Shown here: piece by piece, positions 1-9,483 of the stretch
Numbering within the stretch: position 1 is the first letter of the stretch
Layout of the letters: the number at the start of each line of letters is the position of its first letter
NCBI GenBank assembly: GCA_039630085.1
Contig: JBCNVM010000004.1
Coordinates: 55,466 to 119,465 of the forward strand
Length of the DNA: 64,000 bases
Reading direction: 5' to 3'
Origin: Candidatus Caldarchaeales archaeon
GTDB lineage: Archaea > Thermoproteota > Nitrososphaeria_A > Caldarchaeales > Calditenuaceae
The notes under the pieces: model-generated
What the model was told of the DNA's origin: nothing
Databases searched by the model: none
What the model saw: the letters and a program-made list of their open reading frames with translations, nothing else
Made by a program: the position numbers and the translations under genes

Positions 1-390
1 GGCTTCGGCGGCAAGCTCAGGGAGATCGACCCGCAGGTCCTCAGAGCAAGGTACCTCACCCCGGAGGGGATTGTGGGCCCGAGGCTCACGGGGCGTGACG
101 CGGAAGAGGTCCTCTCCTTTGCGAGGAGGAACGCGGAGCTGATAGAGCCCCTGCTCCTCGAGTATCTCTCCTCCCCCACGTCGCTCCTCTTCGTCAACGA
201 CGTCACCGTCTACCTTCACGCCGGAGATCCTGAAGTCCTGACGAGGGCAGTCGAGGCCTCCCGGACCTTCGTGGGCACGGCCTACGAGGGCGCGAGGCTC
301 TCCGACGACAAGGGCTCCGGGTTGACCGCGGTGGAACGGGAGAGGCTGAGGGCGCTGAAGGCTAGGGTCGATGAGGTTTTCCGGCTCTAA
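1..390 (+). CDS. Conserved archaeal hypothetical protein, 5' partial
   Basis: Frame 1 is open from base 1 (GFGGKLREIDPQ...) through LLFVNDVTVYLHAG...DDKGSGLT. Confidence 0.6.
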   Translation, partial: GFGGKLREIDPQVLRARYLTPEGIVGPRLTGRDAEEVLSFARRNAELIEPLLLEYLSSPTSLLFVNDVTVYLHAGDPEVLTRAVEASRTFVGTAYEGARLSDDKGSGLTAVERERLRALKARVDEVFRL

Positions 391-436
391 CCCTCCGGTC
401 GAGCACCTTTATCCCTAGGCTCCGCAGGTCATCGCC

Positions 437-862
437 GTGGAGCTCCGCGGCCGCGCCGCCTACGAGATGCTGCTCGAGAGGGTGAGGGTCCAACTCAAGG
501 CCAAGTCCTCGGCCTCCGGCGAGAGGGAGATCGCGCTTCGACCCTCGCTCTACCACGACGAGCGCCGGACCATCGTCCTCAACTTCAGGCAGCTCGCCGA
601 CTCGCTCAACAGGGAGCCGGAGCACGTCGCGAGATTCGTCTTTAAGGAGAGCGGGAAGCCGGGGACACTCGAGGGCGACAGGCTCATCCTGAACGGCAAG
701 ATCGGCGACCCCGAGTTCGCGAAGCTGCTCCAGCTCTACTTCAGGGAGTTCGTGAAGTGTCAGGTCTGCGGCGGCATCGACACCCAGATCCAGAGGGAGA
801 AGAAGTTCAGGTACCTCGTGTGCGAGGCCTGCGGCGCCAAGACCCCCGTCCGGAAGGTCTGA
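437..862 (+). CDS. eif2b: Translation initiation factor 2 subunit beta
   Basis: TIVLNF..LNREPEHV..F..E.G; C-terminal CxxC...CEACGA zinc ribbon. Confidence 0.93.
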   Translation: MELRGRAAYEMLLERVRVQLKAKSSASGEREIALRPSLYHDERRTIVLNFRQLADSLNREPEHVARFVFKESGKPGTLEGDRLILNGKIGDPEFAKLLQLYFREFVKCQVCGGIDTQIQREKKFRYLVCEACGAKTPVRKV

Positions 863-908
863 GGTCCAGTCCGAAGGTTTATCAGCGGTCCCTTCCTCCG
901 CGTCCTCG

Positions 909-2381
909 ATGGCGAAGACGGTCTTCTCGAGGATTTGGGACGACCACGTGCTCGCGGAGCGCGAGGACGGGACATCGCTCGTCTACATCGACAGGCACTT
1001 CACCCACGAGGTCACATCGCCGGTCGCATTCGAGAACCTGAGGGGCGCCGGGAGGAGGGTCAGGAGGCCTGACCTGACCTTCGCGGTCATGGACCACAAC
1101 GTGCCGACGTACGACAGGACGCTCCCCGTCACCGACGAGATGTCTGCGGCCCAAATGGAGGCCCTGAAGAGGAACGCGAGGGATTTCGGGGTCACGCTCT
1201 TCGACTACTTCAGCCCGTTCCAGGGAATCGTCCACGTGGTGATGCCGGAGCTCGGGCTGACGCTGCCAGGCCTCACGATCGCGTGCGGGGACTCCCACAC
1301 CAGCACCCACGGCGCCTTCGGTGCCGTCGCCTTCGGGATCGGGACCAGCGAGGGCGAGCACGTCTTCGCGACTCAGACCCTCTGGATCAGGAGGCCGAAG
1401 GAGATGCTCGTGAAGGTGAGGGGCGAGCTGGAGGAGGGCGTCACCGCGAAGGACGTAATCCTCAAGCTGATTGGCGAGATCGGGACCGGCGGCGGGATAG
1501 GACACGTGATGGAGTTCGCCGGCGAGACGGTCGAGCGGATGAGCATCGACGACCGGATGACCCTCTGCAACATGTCGATCGAGGGTGGCGCGAGGACCGC
1601 GATAATCGCTCCCGACGATAAGGTCTTCAGGTTCGTGGAGGGGAGGCCCTTCGCCCCGAAGGGTGAGGACCTCGAGGAGGCCCTGAGGTTCTGGAGGACC
1701 CTCAAGTCGGACCCCACCGCCCGTTACGACAAGGCGGTCGAGCTGGACGTCGACGGGCTCGAGCCTCAGGTGACCTGGGGCACGAACCCGGCCCAGGTCG
1801 TGGAGGTCACAGGGGAGGTCCCGTCTCCGGAGGAGTTCGAGGACCCCGGCAAGCGGGCTGCTGCCGAGAGGGCGCTGAAGTACATGGGCCTAAAGCCGGG
1901 CCAGAGGATTGAGGAGATCCCTGTCGACGTCGTCTTCATCGGGTCCTGCACCAACGCGAGGCTCTCGGACCTCGTTCAGGTCGCGAGGTTGACCAAGGGG
2001 AGGAGGGTCGCCGGCGGCGTGAAGGCAGTCGTGGTCCCGGGGTCGATGCTGACCAAGCGCTGGGCGGAGAGGTTAGGGATCCACAGGGTCCTCATCGAGG
2101 CTGGATTCGAGTGGAGGAACTCGGGCTGCAGCTACTGCATCGCGATGGCGCCCGGCGATTACGTCGAGCCCGGGAAGAGGTGCGCCTCGACCTCCAACAG
2201 GAACTTCGAGAACCGCCAGGGACCCGGATCGAGGACGCACCTCGTCAGCCCGCTCGCAGCTGCAGCTGCCGCGATCGAGGGCAGGTTCGCGGACCCGAGG
2301 GACTACGATCTGGCTCCGGTCGAGGAGGTCGTCAGCGACTTAGAACTCTACGGATGGCTGAGGGAGAGGTATCAGTTCTGA
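909..2381 (+). CDS. leuC: 3-isopropylmalate dehydratase large subunit
   Basis: HEVTSP, DHNVPT, CGDSHTSTHGAFG, FIGSCTNARL, GCSYC, STSNRNFENRQG. Confidence 0.95.
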   Translation: MAKTVFSRIWDDHVLAEREDGTSLVYIDRHFTHEVTSPVAFENLRGAGRRVRRPDLTFAVMDHNVPTYDRTLPVTDEMSAAQMEALKRNARDFGVTLFDYFSPFQGIVHVVMPELGLTLPGLTIACGDSHTSTHGAFGAVAFGIGTSEGEHVFATQTLWIRRPKEMLVKVRGELEEGVTAKDVILKLIGEIGTGGGIGHVMEFAGETVERMSIDDRMTLCNMSIEGGARTAIIAPDDKVFRFVEGRPFAPKGEDLEEALRFWRTLKSDPTARYDKAVELDVDGLEPQVTWGTNPAQVVEVTGEVPSPEEFEDPGKRAAAERALKYMGLKPGQRIEEIPVDVVFIGSCTNARLSDLVQVARLTKGRRVAGGVKAVVVPGSMLTKRWAERLGIHRVLIEAGFEWRNSGCSYCIAMAPGDYVEPGKRCASTSNRNFENRQGPGSRTHLVSPLAAAAAAIEGRFADPRDYDLAPVEEVVSDLELYGWLRERYQF

Positions 2382-2461
2382 TCGCGGCAGGGGTCCCTCA
2401 GCGGGCCTCAGCGGGCAGCACCTTCAGCGGTTCGTCATCGCCCAGCCGACCTCGGGGGCCG
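2382..2461 (-). ncRNA. Candidate K-turn / box C/D-like small RNA
   Basis: Minus strand GGGCGATGA...CTGA...CTGAGGCCC...CTGA; shares motifs with the element at 20536-20619. Confidence 0.3.
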
Positions 2462-3247
2462 TCAGACCTTCACCCTCCTCACCTCGAAGACGCATGCGAC
2501 GCCACCGGCGTTGACGCACTCGACCTCTTCAACCTCGCACTCCTCACCCTCTGCACCCCTGAAGAGCGCCTCGAGAACCCCCGCGAAGAAGTGGCCGGTC
2601 CTCACACCGGGCCTGAGGTCCGAGACGCTGACGCAGTCGGCCAGCTCCCTCGCGACCACCCTCATCGCGCCGCCCTCCGTGGAGACGACCATGATCTCCC
2701 TCGCGAGCCCGAGGACGCTCGAGACCTCGTTCATCACGCGGACCAAGTCGACCGGTTCCCCGACCAAGGCCCCGAGCGCCCTCGCGAACCCGCCGACCCT
2801 TCTGCCCGCGTGGCGCAGGATCGCGAAGGCCGATCCGCCCAGCGCCTCGTAGAGAGTGTGATAGAGCCCTCTGAAGAGCGCCTGGGGCATGACGAAGAGC
2901 CTCTCTCCGAGGAAGGTCGGGAACCCTCCCTTGACGCAGGTCGCGAGGCCCCTGACCTCGGACTCGTAGACCGTCATCGCGGCCACCTCCCCGACCCTTC
3001 CCATCTCCGCGACGAGTTCGCTCAGGTCACCCTTCACGTCTGTCACGTCAGCGACCAAGTTGAGGCCTATCGACCTCTCGGGGTAGGGGGTGACCCAACT
3101 CATCAACCCGAGCACCTTGACGTTCCTGACCGCGAGGAGCCCCAGGACTCCCGCTAGCCCGCTGGATCCGCCCTCGACGACCGCTGAGATCGTCACGAGC
3201 CTCCTCTCGGGGTGATAGAAGATCAGCGGGACCTCGAAGGACATCAC
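2462..3247 (-). CDS. ACT-like plus V4R domain protein (putative small-molecule sensor)
   Basis: N-terminal ACT-like GLAGVLGLLA.RNV; C-terminal V4R pattern GHFFAGVL...EVEEVEC...G...C.F. Confidence 0.8.
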   Translation of the reverse strand: MMSFEVPLIFYHPERRLVTISAVVEGGSSGLAGVLGLLAVRNVKVLGLMSWVTPYPERSIGLNLVADVTDVKGDLSELVAEMGRVGEVAAMTVYESEVRGLATCVKGGFPTFLGERLFVMPQALFRGLYHTLYEALGGSAFAILRHAGRRVGGFARALGALVGEPVDLVRVMNEVSSVLGLAREIMVVSTEGGAMRVVARELADCVSVSDLRPGVRTGHFFAGVLEALFRGAEGEECEVEEVECVNAGGVACVFEVRRVKV

Positions 3248-3404
3248 CGAACGACGTAGAGGAGAGGGAAAAAGGGTTCGCGCTCCTCGCCCTGTAACTC
3301 GAGAATCCGTGCGTATTACTCGGGTATGACCGGCGGATAGCTGGAGCCTGGGGCGGGTTGTCGCGCATTTTACCGGGTCGCATCGCGGAGCGGGGGGCTG
3401 ACGG

Positions 3405-4241
3405 TTGGAAGCGTTCGTTCCCTACTCGAGGTGTGGGAAGCTACTGCAGGCGGTCGAGGAGGCAGGGCTCGATGTCGAGGAGGCCGCAGAGGTTCTCCTC
3501 GAGTACGGCAGGCTGAAGGCCGAGCTAGGGGGAGAATCACGGTGCTCGCTGAGCGCGCTGGTGGAAGAAAAGGTGGTACGGGCCTTAGGAAGGGAGCGCG
3601 AGGATGCCGAGAGGCTCAGGGAGGTCGGGGAGCAGTTCAACGCGCTCGTCCTCCTCTTCTCCAACTCCGGGAAGGTCAGCCCCGAGTCGCTCAGGAAGTT
3701 GGGATCGCTGCTGGCGAAGCTGGGCTCGTCGATGGAGTCGGGAGCCGTTCTTGTCGACGACCGCACCCTCGAGAGGGTGAGGACGCTGCTCGCGGAGCTG
3801 ATCGCTCAATCCGTGAGGGAGAAGTTCGTTCCGATCTGGATGTTCTCGATGCTCGAGAGGAGCCTCAGGGAGGCGAGGGAGCTGCTCAGGGAGGTTGAGC
3901 TCGAGAACGAGAGGCTCAGGAGGGCGGTGAGGGAGGGCGGGCTGAGCGTCCCGGTCGCAAGGCTCTACTCGGTGAGCGGACTACTGATCGAGGAGACCCC
4001 TGTCAAACCCTCGGGCGTGACGGCGTTGATGAGGTGCGAGCTCTGCAAGGAGGCGGTGCACGTCAACCTGCCCTCGAGGGGGGAGTGCGAGGAGGCCGCG
4101 AAGACCGGCTCGGTCTTCAGGTTCCACTGCCCCTGGTGCGGCGCCCTGAAGGACCTCTCGCCGGAGGCGGTAGCCTTCATGGTCGACGGCGCGCGCCCCT
4201 CCGAATGCAGTGAGGCGATGGACCTCCACCCCTCGAGCTGA
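3405..4241 (+). CDS. Hypothetical coiled-coil protein with C-terminal zinc ribbon
   Basis: Helical E/R/L-rich core; CELC...CPWC. Confidence 0.6.
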   Translation: MEAFVPYSRCGKLLQAVEEAGLDVEEAAEVLLEYGRLKAELGGESRCSLSALVEEKVVRALGREREDAERLREVGEQFNALVLLFSNSGKVSPESLRKLGSLLAKLGSSMESGAVLVDDRTLERVRTLLAELIAQSVREKFVPIWMFSMLERSLREARELLREVELENERLRRAVREGGLSVPVARLYSVSGLLIEETPVKPSGVTALMRCELCKEAVHVNLPSRGECEEAAKTGSVFRFHCPWCGALKDLSPEAVAFMVDGARPSECSEAMDLHPSS

Positions 4242-4318
4242 CGCGGAGTCAGTCAACGGAGTAGGCGAAGTCGTTCGCCGCAAGGGCTCATATAGGGACG
4301 TTGAGGAGTCGCGACGGA

Positions 4319-5614
4319 TTGAGGATACCCCTCGAGCCTCCGAAGGGGATGGACGACTTCGGCCCGGAGGAGTTCGCGCTCCACGAGCGGCTGACAAGCG
4401 TCGCGAGGTCGGTGATGAGGTTGTACGGCTACAGCCCGGTCGAGACGCCTCCCGTCGAGTACTTCGAGGTCTTCGCGGCGAAGAGCGGCGAGGAGATCCT
4501 GAGCCACATGTACTCCTTCGAGGACCCGCACGGTAGGAGGTTGGTGCTCAGGCCCGAGATGACCGCCGCCGTCGCGAGGCTCTTCGCGTCGAGGCTGAGC
4601 AGGAGGCCCCTCCCGCAGAGGCTCGCCTACATCGCGGACTGCTACAGGCTCGACGATCCACAGTGGGGCAGGAGGAGGAGGTTCTACCACGCCGGGTTCG
4701 AGCTGATCGGGGTCAGGGACCCATACGCCGACGTCGAGCAGGTCCTCATCTGCAGGGACTTCATGGAGGCGGTGGGCATCCCGGACTTCTCGGTCAAGCT
4801 CGGTCACGTCGGGGTCCACAGGGCCGTCCTGAGGGCCTGCGGGCTCGAGGCCGAAGGCGCCGACGCGGTCCTCTCGCTGATCGACAGGGGAAGGGCCGAC
4901 GAGGCGATCGCGCTGGTGAGGTCGAGGTCGAACTCGGCGAACGCGGCCGAAGTCTACGAGGAGCTGATCAGGAGCGAGGTCGAGCACCCAAGTGAGCTGA
5001 CCGAGGTCCTCGGCGAAGTCGAGGGCGCGAGGCCCCAGCTCGAGGAGCTGATCGAGGTTTACGGTGCCCTCGGGGAGCTCCTCGGCGAGGGTAGGGTCCG
5101 TTTCGTCCCGGGCTTCGCGAGGGGGCTCAGCTATTACACCGGGACGATCTTCGAGGTCTACGGGCCCTTAGCGAACGTCGCGCTGGCCGGAGGCGGTAGG
5201 TATGACGGTCTCATCGGGCTTTTCGGCGGGAGGGACTTCCCTGCGGTGGGGGTCGCGATCGGGATCACTAGGGTCATGCAGTACCTGACCGACAGGGCGG
5301 GGATCAGGGCCGCGCCTTCAGGACCCGCGGCGGTGGTGAGGCCGGTAACGCCGCAGGAGAGGCTCTACGCGGCCAAGGTGGCGGGCCTGCTGAGGAGAGT
5401 AGGGATCGAGGCCGAGCTGGCGTTCCCCGGCAGGCCGGTCGGAGAGGAGCTGGGGCTCGCTTCGGAGCGGGGCGTGAGGTTCGTCGCGCTGGTCGGCCCC
5501 CGGGAGAGGGAGAGGGGGACGGTCTCCGTGAAGGACCTGAGGACCGGCGAGCAGCTGGAGCTGGAGCTCGAGTCGCTGACGTCGGAGCTGGTGAGCGGTG
5601 TTGGCGCTCGTTGA
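4319..5614 (+). CDS. hisS: Histidyl-tRNA synthetase
   Basis: PKGMDDF, LRPEMTA, ARGLSYYTG, GGGRYDGL, anticodon-binding C-terminus; start approximate. Confidence 0.95.
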   Translation: MRIPLEPPKGMDDFGPEEFALHERLTSVARSVMRLYGYSPVETPPVEYFEVFAAKSGEEILSHMYSFEDPHGRRLVLRPEMTAAVARLFASRLSRRPLPQRLAYIADCYRLDDPQWGRRRRFYHAGFELIGVRDPYADVEQVLICRDFMEAVGIPDFSVKLGHVGVHRAVLRACGLEAEGADAVLSLIDRGRADEAIALVRSRSNSANAAEVYEELIRSEVEHPSELTEVLGEVEGARPQLEELIEVYGALGELLGEGRVRFVPGFARGLSYYTGTIFEVYGPLANVALAGGGRYDGLIGLFGGRDFPAVGVAIGITRVMQYLTDRAGIRAAPSGPAAVVRPVTPQERLYAAKVAGLLRRVGIEAELAFPGRPVGEELGLASERGVRFVALVGPRERERGTVSVKDLRTGEQLELELESLTSELVSGVGAR

Positions 5615-6416
5615 CCCGTACCTCATCCTCGAGGCCGCCGCCGTCCTCGCTTTCCTCGGGGTCCTGATCTGGAGGACGAGGGTCCTCGACCTGAAGGGCA
5701 CCGTTGCAGCGCTGGCGGTGGGCGCCGCCGTCTACCTGACGATGGGCAGGGGAGGGATCGCGGTGCTGCTCACGTTCCTCGCGGTCTCCGCGGTCTTCAC
5801 GAGGGTCGGTTACGATAGGAAGAGGGCGCTGGGCGCGGCGGAGCTGAAGGGCGGCGTGAGGGGCTGGAGGAACGTCCTCGGGAACGGGTCCGTCGCTGCC
5901 GGAGCTGCAATCCTCTACCACGTCGACCCGGCGAGGTTTCACGTCTACTCGGTGGCGATGGTCTGCTCGATAGCCGCGGTCTTCGCCGACACGATGGCCA
6001 CGGAGATCGGCCTCCTCAGCAGGGGCAGGGTCCTCTCGATAATAGGGTTCAGGGAGGTCAAGCCTGGAGAGCCGGGGGGCGTGACGCTCTACGGATACGG
6101 CGGCGCCGCTCTCGCGGGGCTCCTGACTTGGGCCGTATCCGCGGTCGGCTTCCCCAACCCCCTCGATCCGGCTAAGCTGCTCGGTGCCACGATGCTCTCC
6201 GCGATATCGGGGACGACCGTCGACAGCGTCGCGGGCCAGCTCCTGCAGGGCAGGTACAGGTGCGGCGAGTGCAACGCGATAGTTGAGCATCCCGAGCACT
6301 GCGGCCAGTCAACCGTCCACCTCTCCGGGCTGAAGTTCGTCGACAACCACGTCGTGAACGCGATCTGCGCGCTCACGGGCGCGGCGGTTGGCGTCGCCTA
6401 CTTCTCGGTCGCTTGA
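5598..6416 (+). CDS. DUF92 (TMEM19-like) membrane protein
   Basis: RGWRNVLGNG, ADTMATEIG, PGEPGGVT..G, DNHVVN. Confidence 0.9.
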   Translation: MLALVDPYLILEAAAVLAFLGVLIWRTRVLDLKGTVAALAVGAAVYLTMGRGGIAVLLTFLAVSAVFTRVGYDRKRALGAAELKGGVRGWRNVLGNGSVAAGAAILYHVDPARFHVYSVAMVCSIAAVFADTMATEIGLLSRGRVLSIIGFREVKPGEPGGVTLYGYGGAALAGLLTWAVSAVGFPNPLDPAKLLGATMLSAISGTTVDSVAGQLLQGRYRCGECNAIVEHPEHCGQSTVHLSGLKFVDNHVVNAICALTGAAVGVAYFSVA

Positions 6417-6420
6417 GGCC

Positions 6421-7077
6421 TCACCAGTCCGACAGGCCGCTCCGGATCACGCCCTCTCTGTACTCAACCGGGTCGAACTCATGGACGCTGACGCTGTCGA
6501 CCTCGATAATCATCACCGAGTGAAGCCTCGCGTTCCTGAGCTCCTCCATCGAGACCGGCGGCCTCGAGTAGTAGAGGTCGCAGAGGGCCCTCATCTCCTC
6601 CAGCTCGTCCTGCGCCCTCTTCGAGGGCGGCTTGACGATGGCCCTGTGGATCTCGAGGACGTTGTACCGGGGGGTCGCGAGAGCGAACCGGTCCGCGTAG
6701 GCGCTGTACCTCGCCACCTTGCTCACGATCCTCGCCCTCAGGTACGTGAGCGGATCGAGGGCGTGCTCGGGGGGAGTGAAGCCCGTTTCAATCTCGACGA
6801 TGAGGGTCCCGTCGCCCTTCCTGCCGTAGACGTCACAGACGAGCGGCTCCTCGAGCGGGTGCTCAACGTCGACCTCGTAACCCTTTGATGCCAGATAGGC
6901 CGCACAGACCATCTCCATCACCGAGTGGTTGATCTTGACCACGCCCTTCGAGTTGAGGTCGATCAGCTTCTCCACAGCCCCCGACAGCCGCCCCTTCACG
7001 CCGACGCCGTACCTCGACCCTATCGCGTCGAGTAGTGTCCTGACGTCCTCGGCGAACCTGTTCTCCGCCCCCCTCAT
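6421..7077 (-). CDS. Conserved hypothetical protein, PD-(D/E)XK-like
   Basis: CDVYG....IVEIETG resembles a restriction-endonuclease-like core. Confidence 0.6.
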   Translation of the reverse strand: MRGAENRFAEDVRTLLDAIGSRYGVGVKGRLSGAVEKLIDLNSKGVVKINHSVMEMVCAAYLASKGYEVDVEHPLEEPLVCDVYGRKGDGTLIVEIETGFTPPEHALDPLTYLRARIVSKVARYSAYADRFALATPRYNVLEIHRAIVKPPSKRAQDELEEMRALCDLYYSRPPVSMEELRNARLHSVMIIEVDSVSVHEFDPVEYREGVIRSGLSDW

Positions 7078-7194
7078 CGGGTCCTTCCGCGGGCCGCTGT
7101 CAGCCCGTCAATTAGTAGTTGCGAGCGGACGCTTCCCCTCCACGCGACGTCGAGGAGACCCGATTTTTATCTGGGCTCGGAGACGACGGCCGGG

Positions 7195-8763
7195 TTGGCC
7201 GCGCCTAGGGCCCTAACGGACGTAAGGGTCTTCGCGTCGGGGGCAGCCGTGATGATCGTCGAGATCGCGGGAGGGAGGGTAGTGAACGCGGTCTACGGGA
7301 GCTCCGCGGTCATCTGGGGAGGGGTGATAGGGGTGGTGCTCTCGGCGCTCGCGGCTGGCTATTACGTCGGCGGGAGACTCGCGGACCGGTTCGACCCGGG
7401 GAAAGTCATGGCCGCGATGATGGCCTCTGCGGGGGCGTACGTCGCGGCGCTGCCCATCGTGATCGCGGTCGTGGGCTCCTCCCCCGGACTGATCCGACTC
7501 GACGAGCGGCTGGGATCGGTCGTGATGGGGTCGGCTGTGGTGGGCGTGCCCAGCTTCTTCCTAGGCGGGGTCGTCCCCTCCGCCGTGAGGCTTCTCTCCG
7601 AGGGCAGGTCCGGGATCGGGTCGGTCTCGGGGAACGTCTACGCCCTCTCGACCGCGGGCAGCATCGTCGGCTCCTTCGCCACCACCTTCTTCCTCCTCCA
7701 GCACGCGGAGATCAACGCGATCTTCATAGCCACAGGCTTGACGACGGTCGTCTTGGCGCTGATTGGGGGCGGCGGAGGGAGGGCCGTGAACGCGCTGACC
7801 GCAGCCGCGGTCCTTGCTGTCCTCGTGACGTCCCCGACGCTGCTAACATGCACCGCCGCGTACGCCGGAGAGGTGAGGCTCGTCACCGACTCCGAGTACT
7901 CGAGGATAGTCGTGGTCGACAGCGCGGGAATCAGGCACCTCTTCATCAACGGTCTGCTGCACAGCGGAATGGAGCTCGGCGACCCGACTTCCCTGCCCTT
8001 CGAGTACACGAGGCTCTTCGTGCTGGGCCCGCTCCTCAACCCGAGCTCGAGGACCGCGCTCTTCGTCGGGGGAGGAGGCTTCTCGGGCCCCAAGTTCTTC
8101 GCGGAGAGGTACGAAGGGCTCTCCGTCACCGTCGTCGAAATAGACGGGAAGGTCGTGGAGATCGCGAGGAGTTACTTCCACCTCGACGAGTACGAGCGGG
8201 AGATCGAGGTCGTCGTGATGGACGGGAGGAGGTACCTCGCCCTGACCGAGGAGCGGTTCGACGTGGTCGTCCTCGACGCCTACTCAAAGAACTACATCCC
8301 GTTCCACATGGTCACTAGGGAGTTCTTCGAGGTCCTGAGCTCGAAGCTGAACGAGGGAGGCGTCGTGGTCTCGAACGTCATCGCCTCGCTCTCGGGTCCC
8401 GCGTCGGCGATACTCTGGGCCTACGTGAGGACCGCGATGGACGTCTTCAGGGGGGAGGTGCTGGTGGTCCCCGTCTCGTCTGGCAACCCGCTCGACGTCC
8501 AGAACGTGATCGTGGTCTTCGGGAAGAGGCCGCTACCTGAGCCCGGGGAGCTGGTCGAGGCCGTGAGGTCCGACCCGGTGGCGTCGTCGCTGGGCATCGA
8601 GGGCGCCGTCTCGAGGGCCTTCGTCGTGAGGGAACCACCTCCGGACGCGGTCCTGATCACCGACGGCTTCGCGCCTGTCGAGAACCTCATGAACCCCGTC
8701 ACGATGAGCAGGTTCGGCGAGGGATACGTCGCAGGGGTCTGGGGCCCTTCCCTCTGCGGGTGA
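7195..8763 (+). CDS. Fused membrane domain / spermidine synthase-like SAM-dependent transferase
   Basis: About 7 N-terminal TM segments; FVGGGGF, VEID, DGR, VLDAY. Confidence 0.88.
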   Translation: MAAPRALTDVRVFASGAAVMIVEIAGGRVVNAVYGSSAVIWGGVIGVVLSALAAGYYVGGRLADRFDPGKVMAAMMASAGAYVAALPIVIAVVGSSPGLIRLDERLGSVVMGSAVVGVPSFFLGGVVPSAVRLLSEGRSGIGSVSGNVYALSTAGSIVGSFATTFFLLQHAEINAIFIATGLTTVVLALIGGGGGRAVNALTAAAVLAVLVTSPTLLTCTAAYAGEVRLVTDSEYSRIVVVDSAGIRHLFINGLLHSGMELGDPTSLPFEYTRLFVLGPLLNPSSRTALFVGGGGFSGPKFFAERYEGLSVTVVEIDGKVVEIARSYFHLDEYEREIEVVVMDGRRYLALTEERFDVVVLDAYSKNYIPFHMVTREFFEVLSSKLNEGGVVVSNVIASLSGPASAILWAYVRTAMDVFRGEVLVVPVSSGNPLDVQNVIVVFGKRPLPEPGELVEAVRSDPVASSLGIEGAVSRAFVVREPPPDAVLITDGFAPVENLMNPVTMSRFGEGYVAGVWGPSLCG

Positions 8764-8802
8764 CCACCTCCACTTTTTAACCGGAGACACAGGAGAGGCC
8801 CG

Positions 8803-9483
8803 ATGCTCGGGCTCCGGGAGCTGATAGGACTGATCCTCAGGTCGGAGGGTGTGACGTACGAGCTGAGGACGGTCGAGGGCGCGGGCGTGATCGAGACCGC
8901 GAACTCCTCGATCAGGGTCGAGGACTCTGGGAGGTTCGAGGTGTTGACGAGGCGGGGCGAGCGCTTCTCGGGACATGCCATCCTCTCATCCGAGGGCTTC
9001 GTGAGCCTCAGACTGAAGGACCCCTCCCTGAACTTCGACTACTCGCACTTCCTGCCGCACATCGAGAAGTGCTCGACGCTGCACGGCCACACCGCGACCG
9101 TCTCGCTGGAGGTCCTGGGGCTGATGGGGAGCGGCGGGTACTTGATCGACTTCGGCGAGCTGAAGAGGGCGCTGAAGTCCGTGTTGAACGAGCTCGACCA
9201 CAAGCTGATAGCCTCCGTCAGATACGTCGTGGACTCTGCAGACGGTCGGGTGACGCTGAGGTTCCTCGGGAAGGGCGGGGAGTACGCACTCACTTTGCCC
9301 TCAGACCGGGTCGTGCTCCTTAAGGGTGAGTCGACTGCCGAGAACATCTCGATGCACATCGCGAGGAGGGTCGCGGAGCTCCTCGGAGCGGCGCCGCTGC
9401 TCGTCAGGGTGGAGCTCAGCGAGGGGCTGGGAAAGTCGGCGGTCTCCGAGGTCCTCGTCTCGGGGAGGGCTTCCGGTCCTTGA
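8803..9483 (+). CDS. queD: 6-carboxytetrahydropterin synthase with N-terminal extension
   Basis: SHFLP..KCSTLHGH, IDFGELK, LDHK, STAEN. Confidence 0.88.
   Translation: MLGLRELIGLILRSEGVTYELRTVEGAGVIETANSSIRVEDSGRFEVLTRRGERFSGHAILSSEGFVSLRLKDPSLNFDYSHFLPHIEKCSTLHGHTATVSLEVLGLMGSGGYLIDFGELKRALKSVLNELDHKLIASVRYVVDSADGRVTLRFLGKGGEYALTLPSDRVVLLKGESTAENISMHIARRVAELLGAAPLLVRVELSEGLGKSAVSEVLVSGRASGP

Noticed and set aside
2382-2461. SECIS-like AUGA...GA element in a 3' UTR (also at 20536-20600)
   Set aside because: No well-formed upper helix or apical AA loop, and the upstream genes have no internal in-frame UGA
2111-3157. Many long antisense or alternate-frame ORFs (also 16796-17749, 31936-33420, 10687-11544)
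   Set aside because: Shadow ORFs of high-GC genes; low-complexity R/P/G-rich or antisense-typical composition with no family motifs
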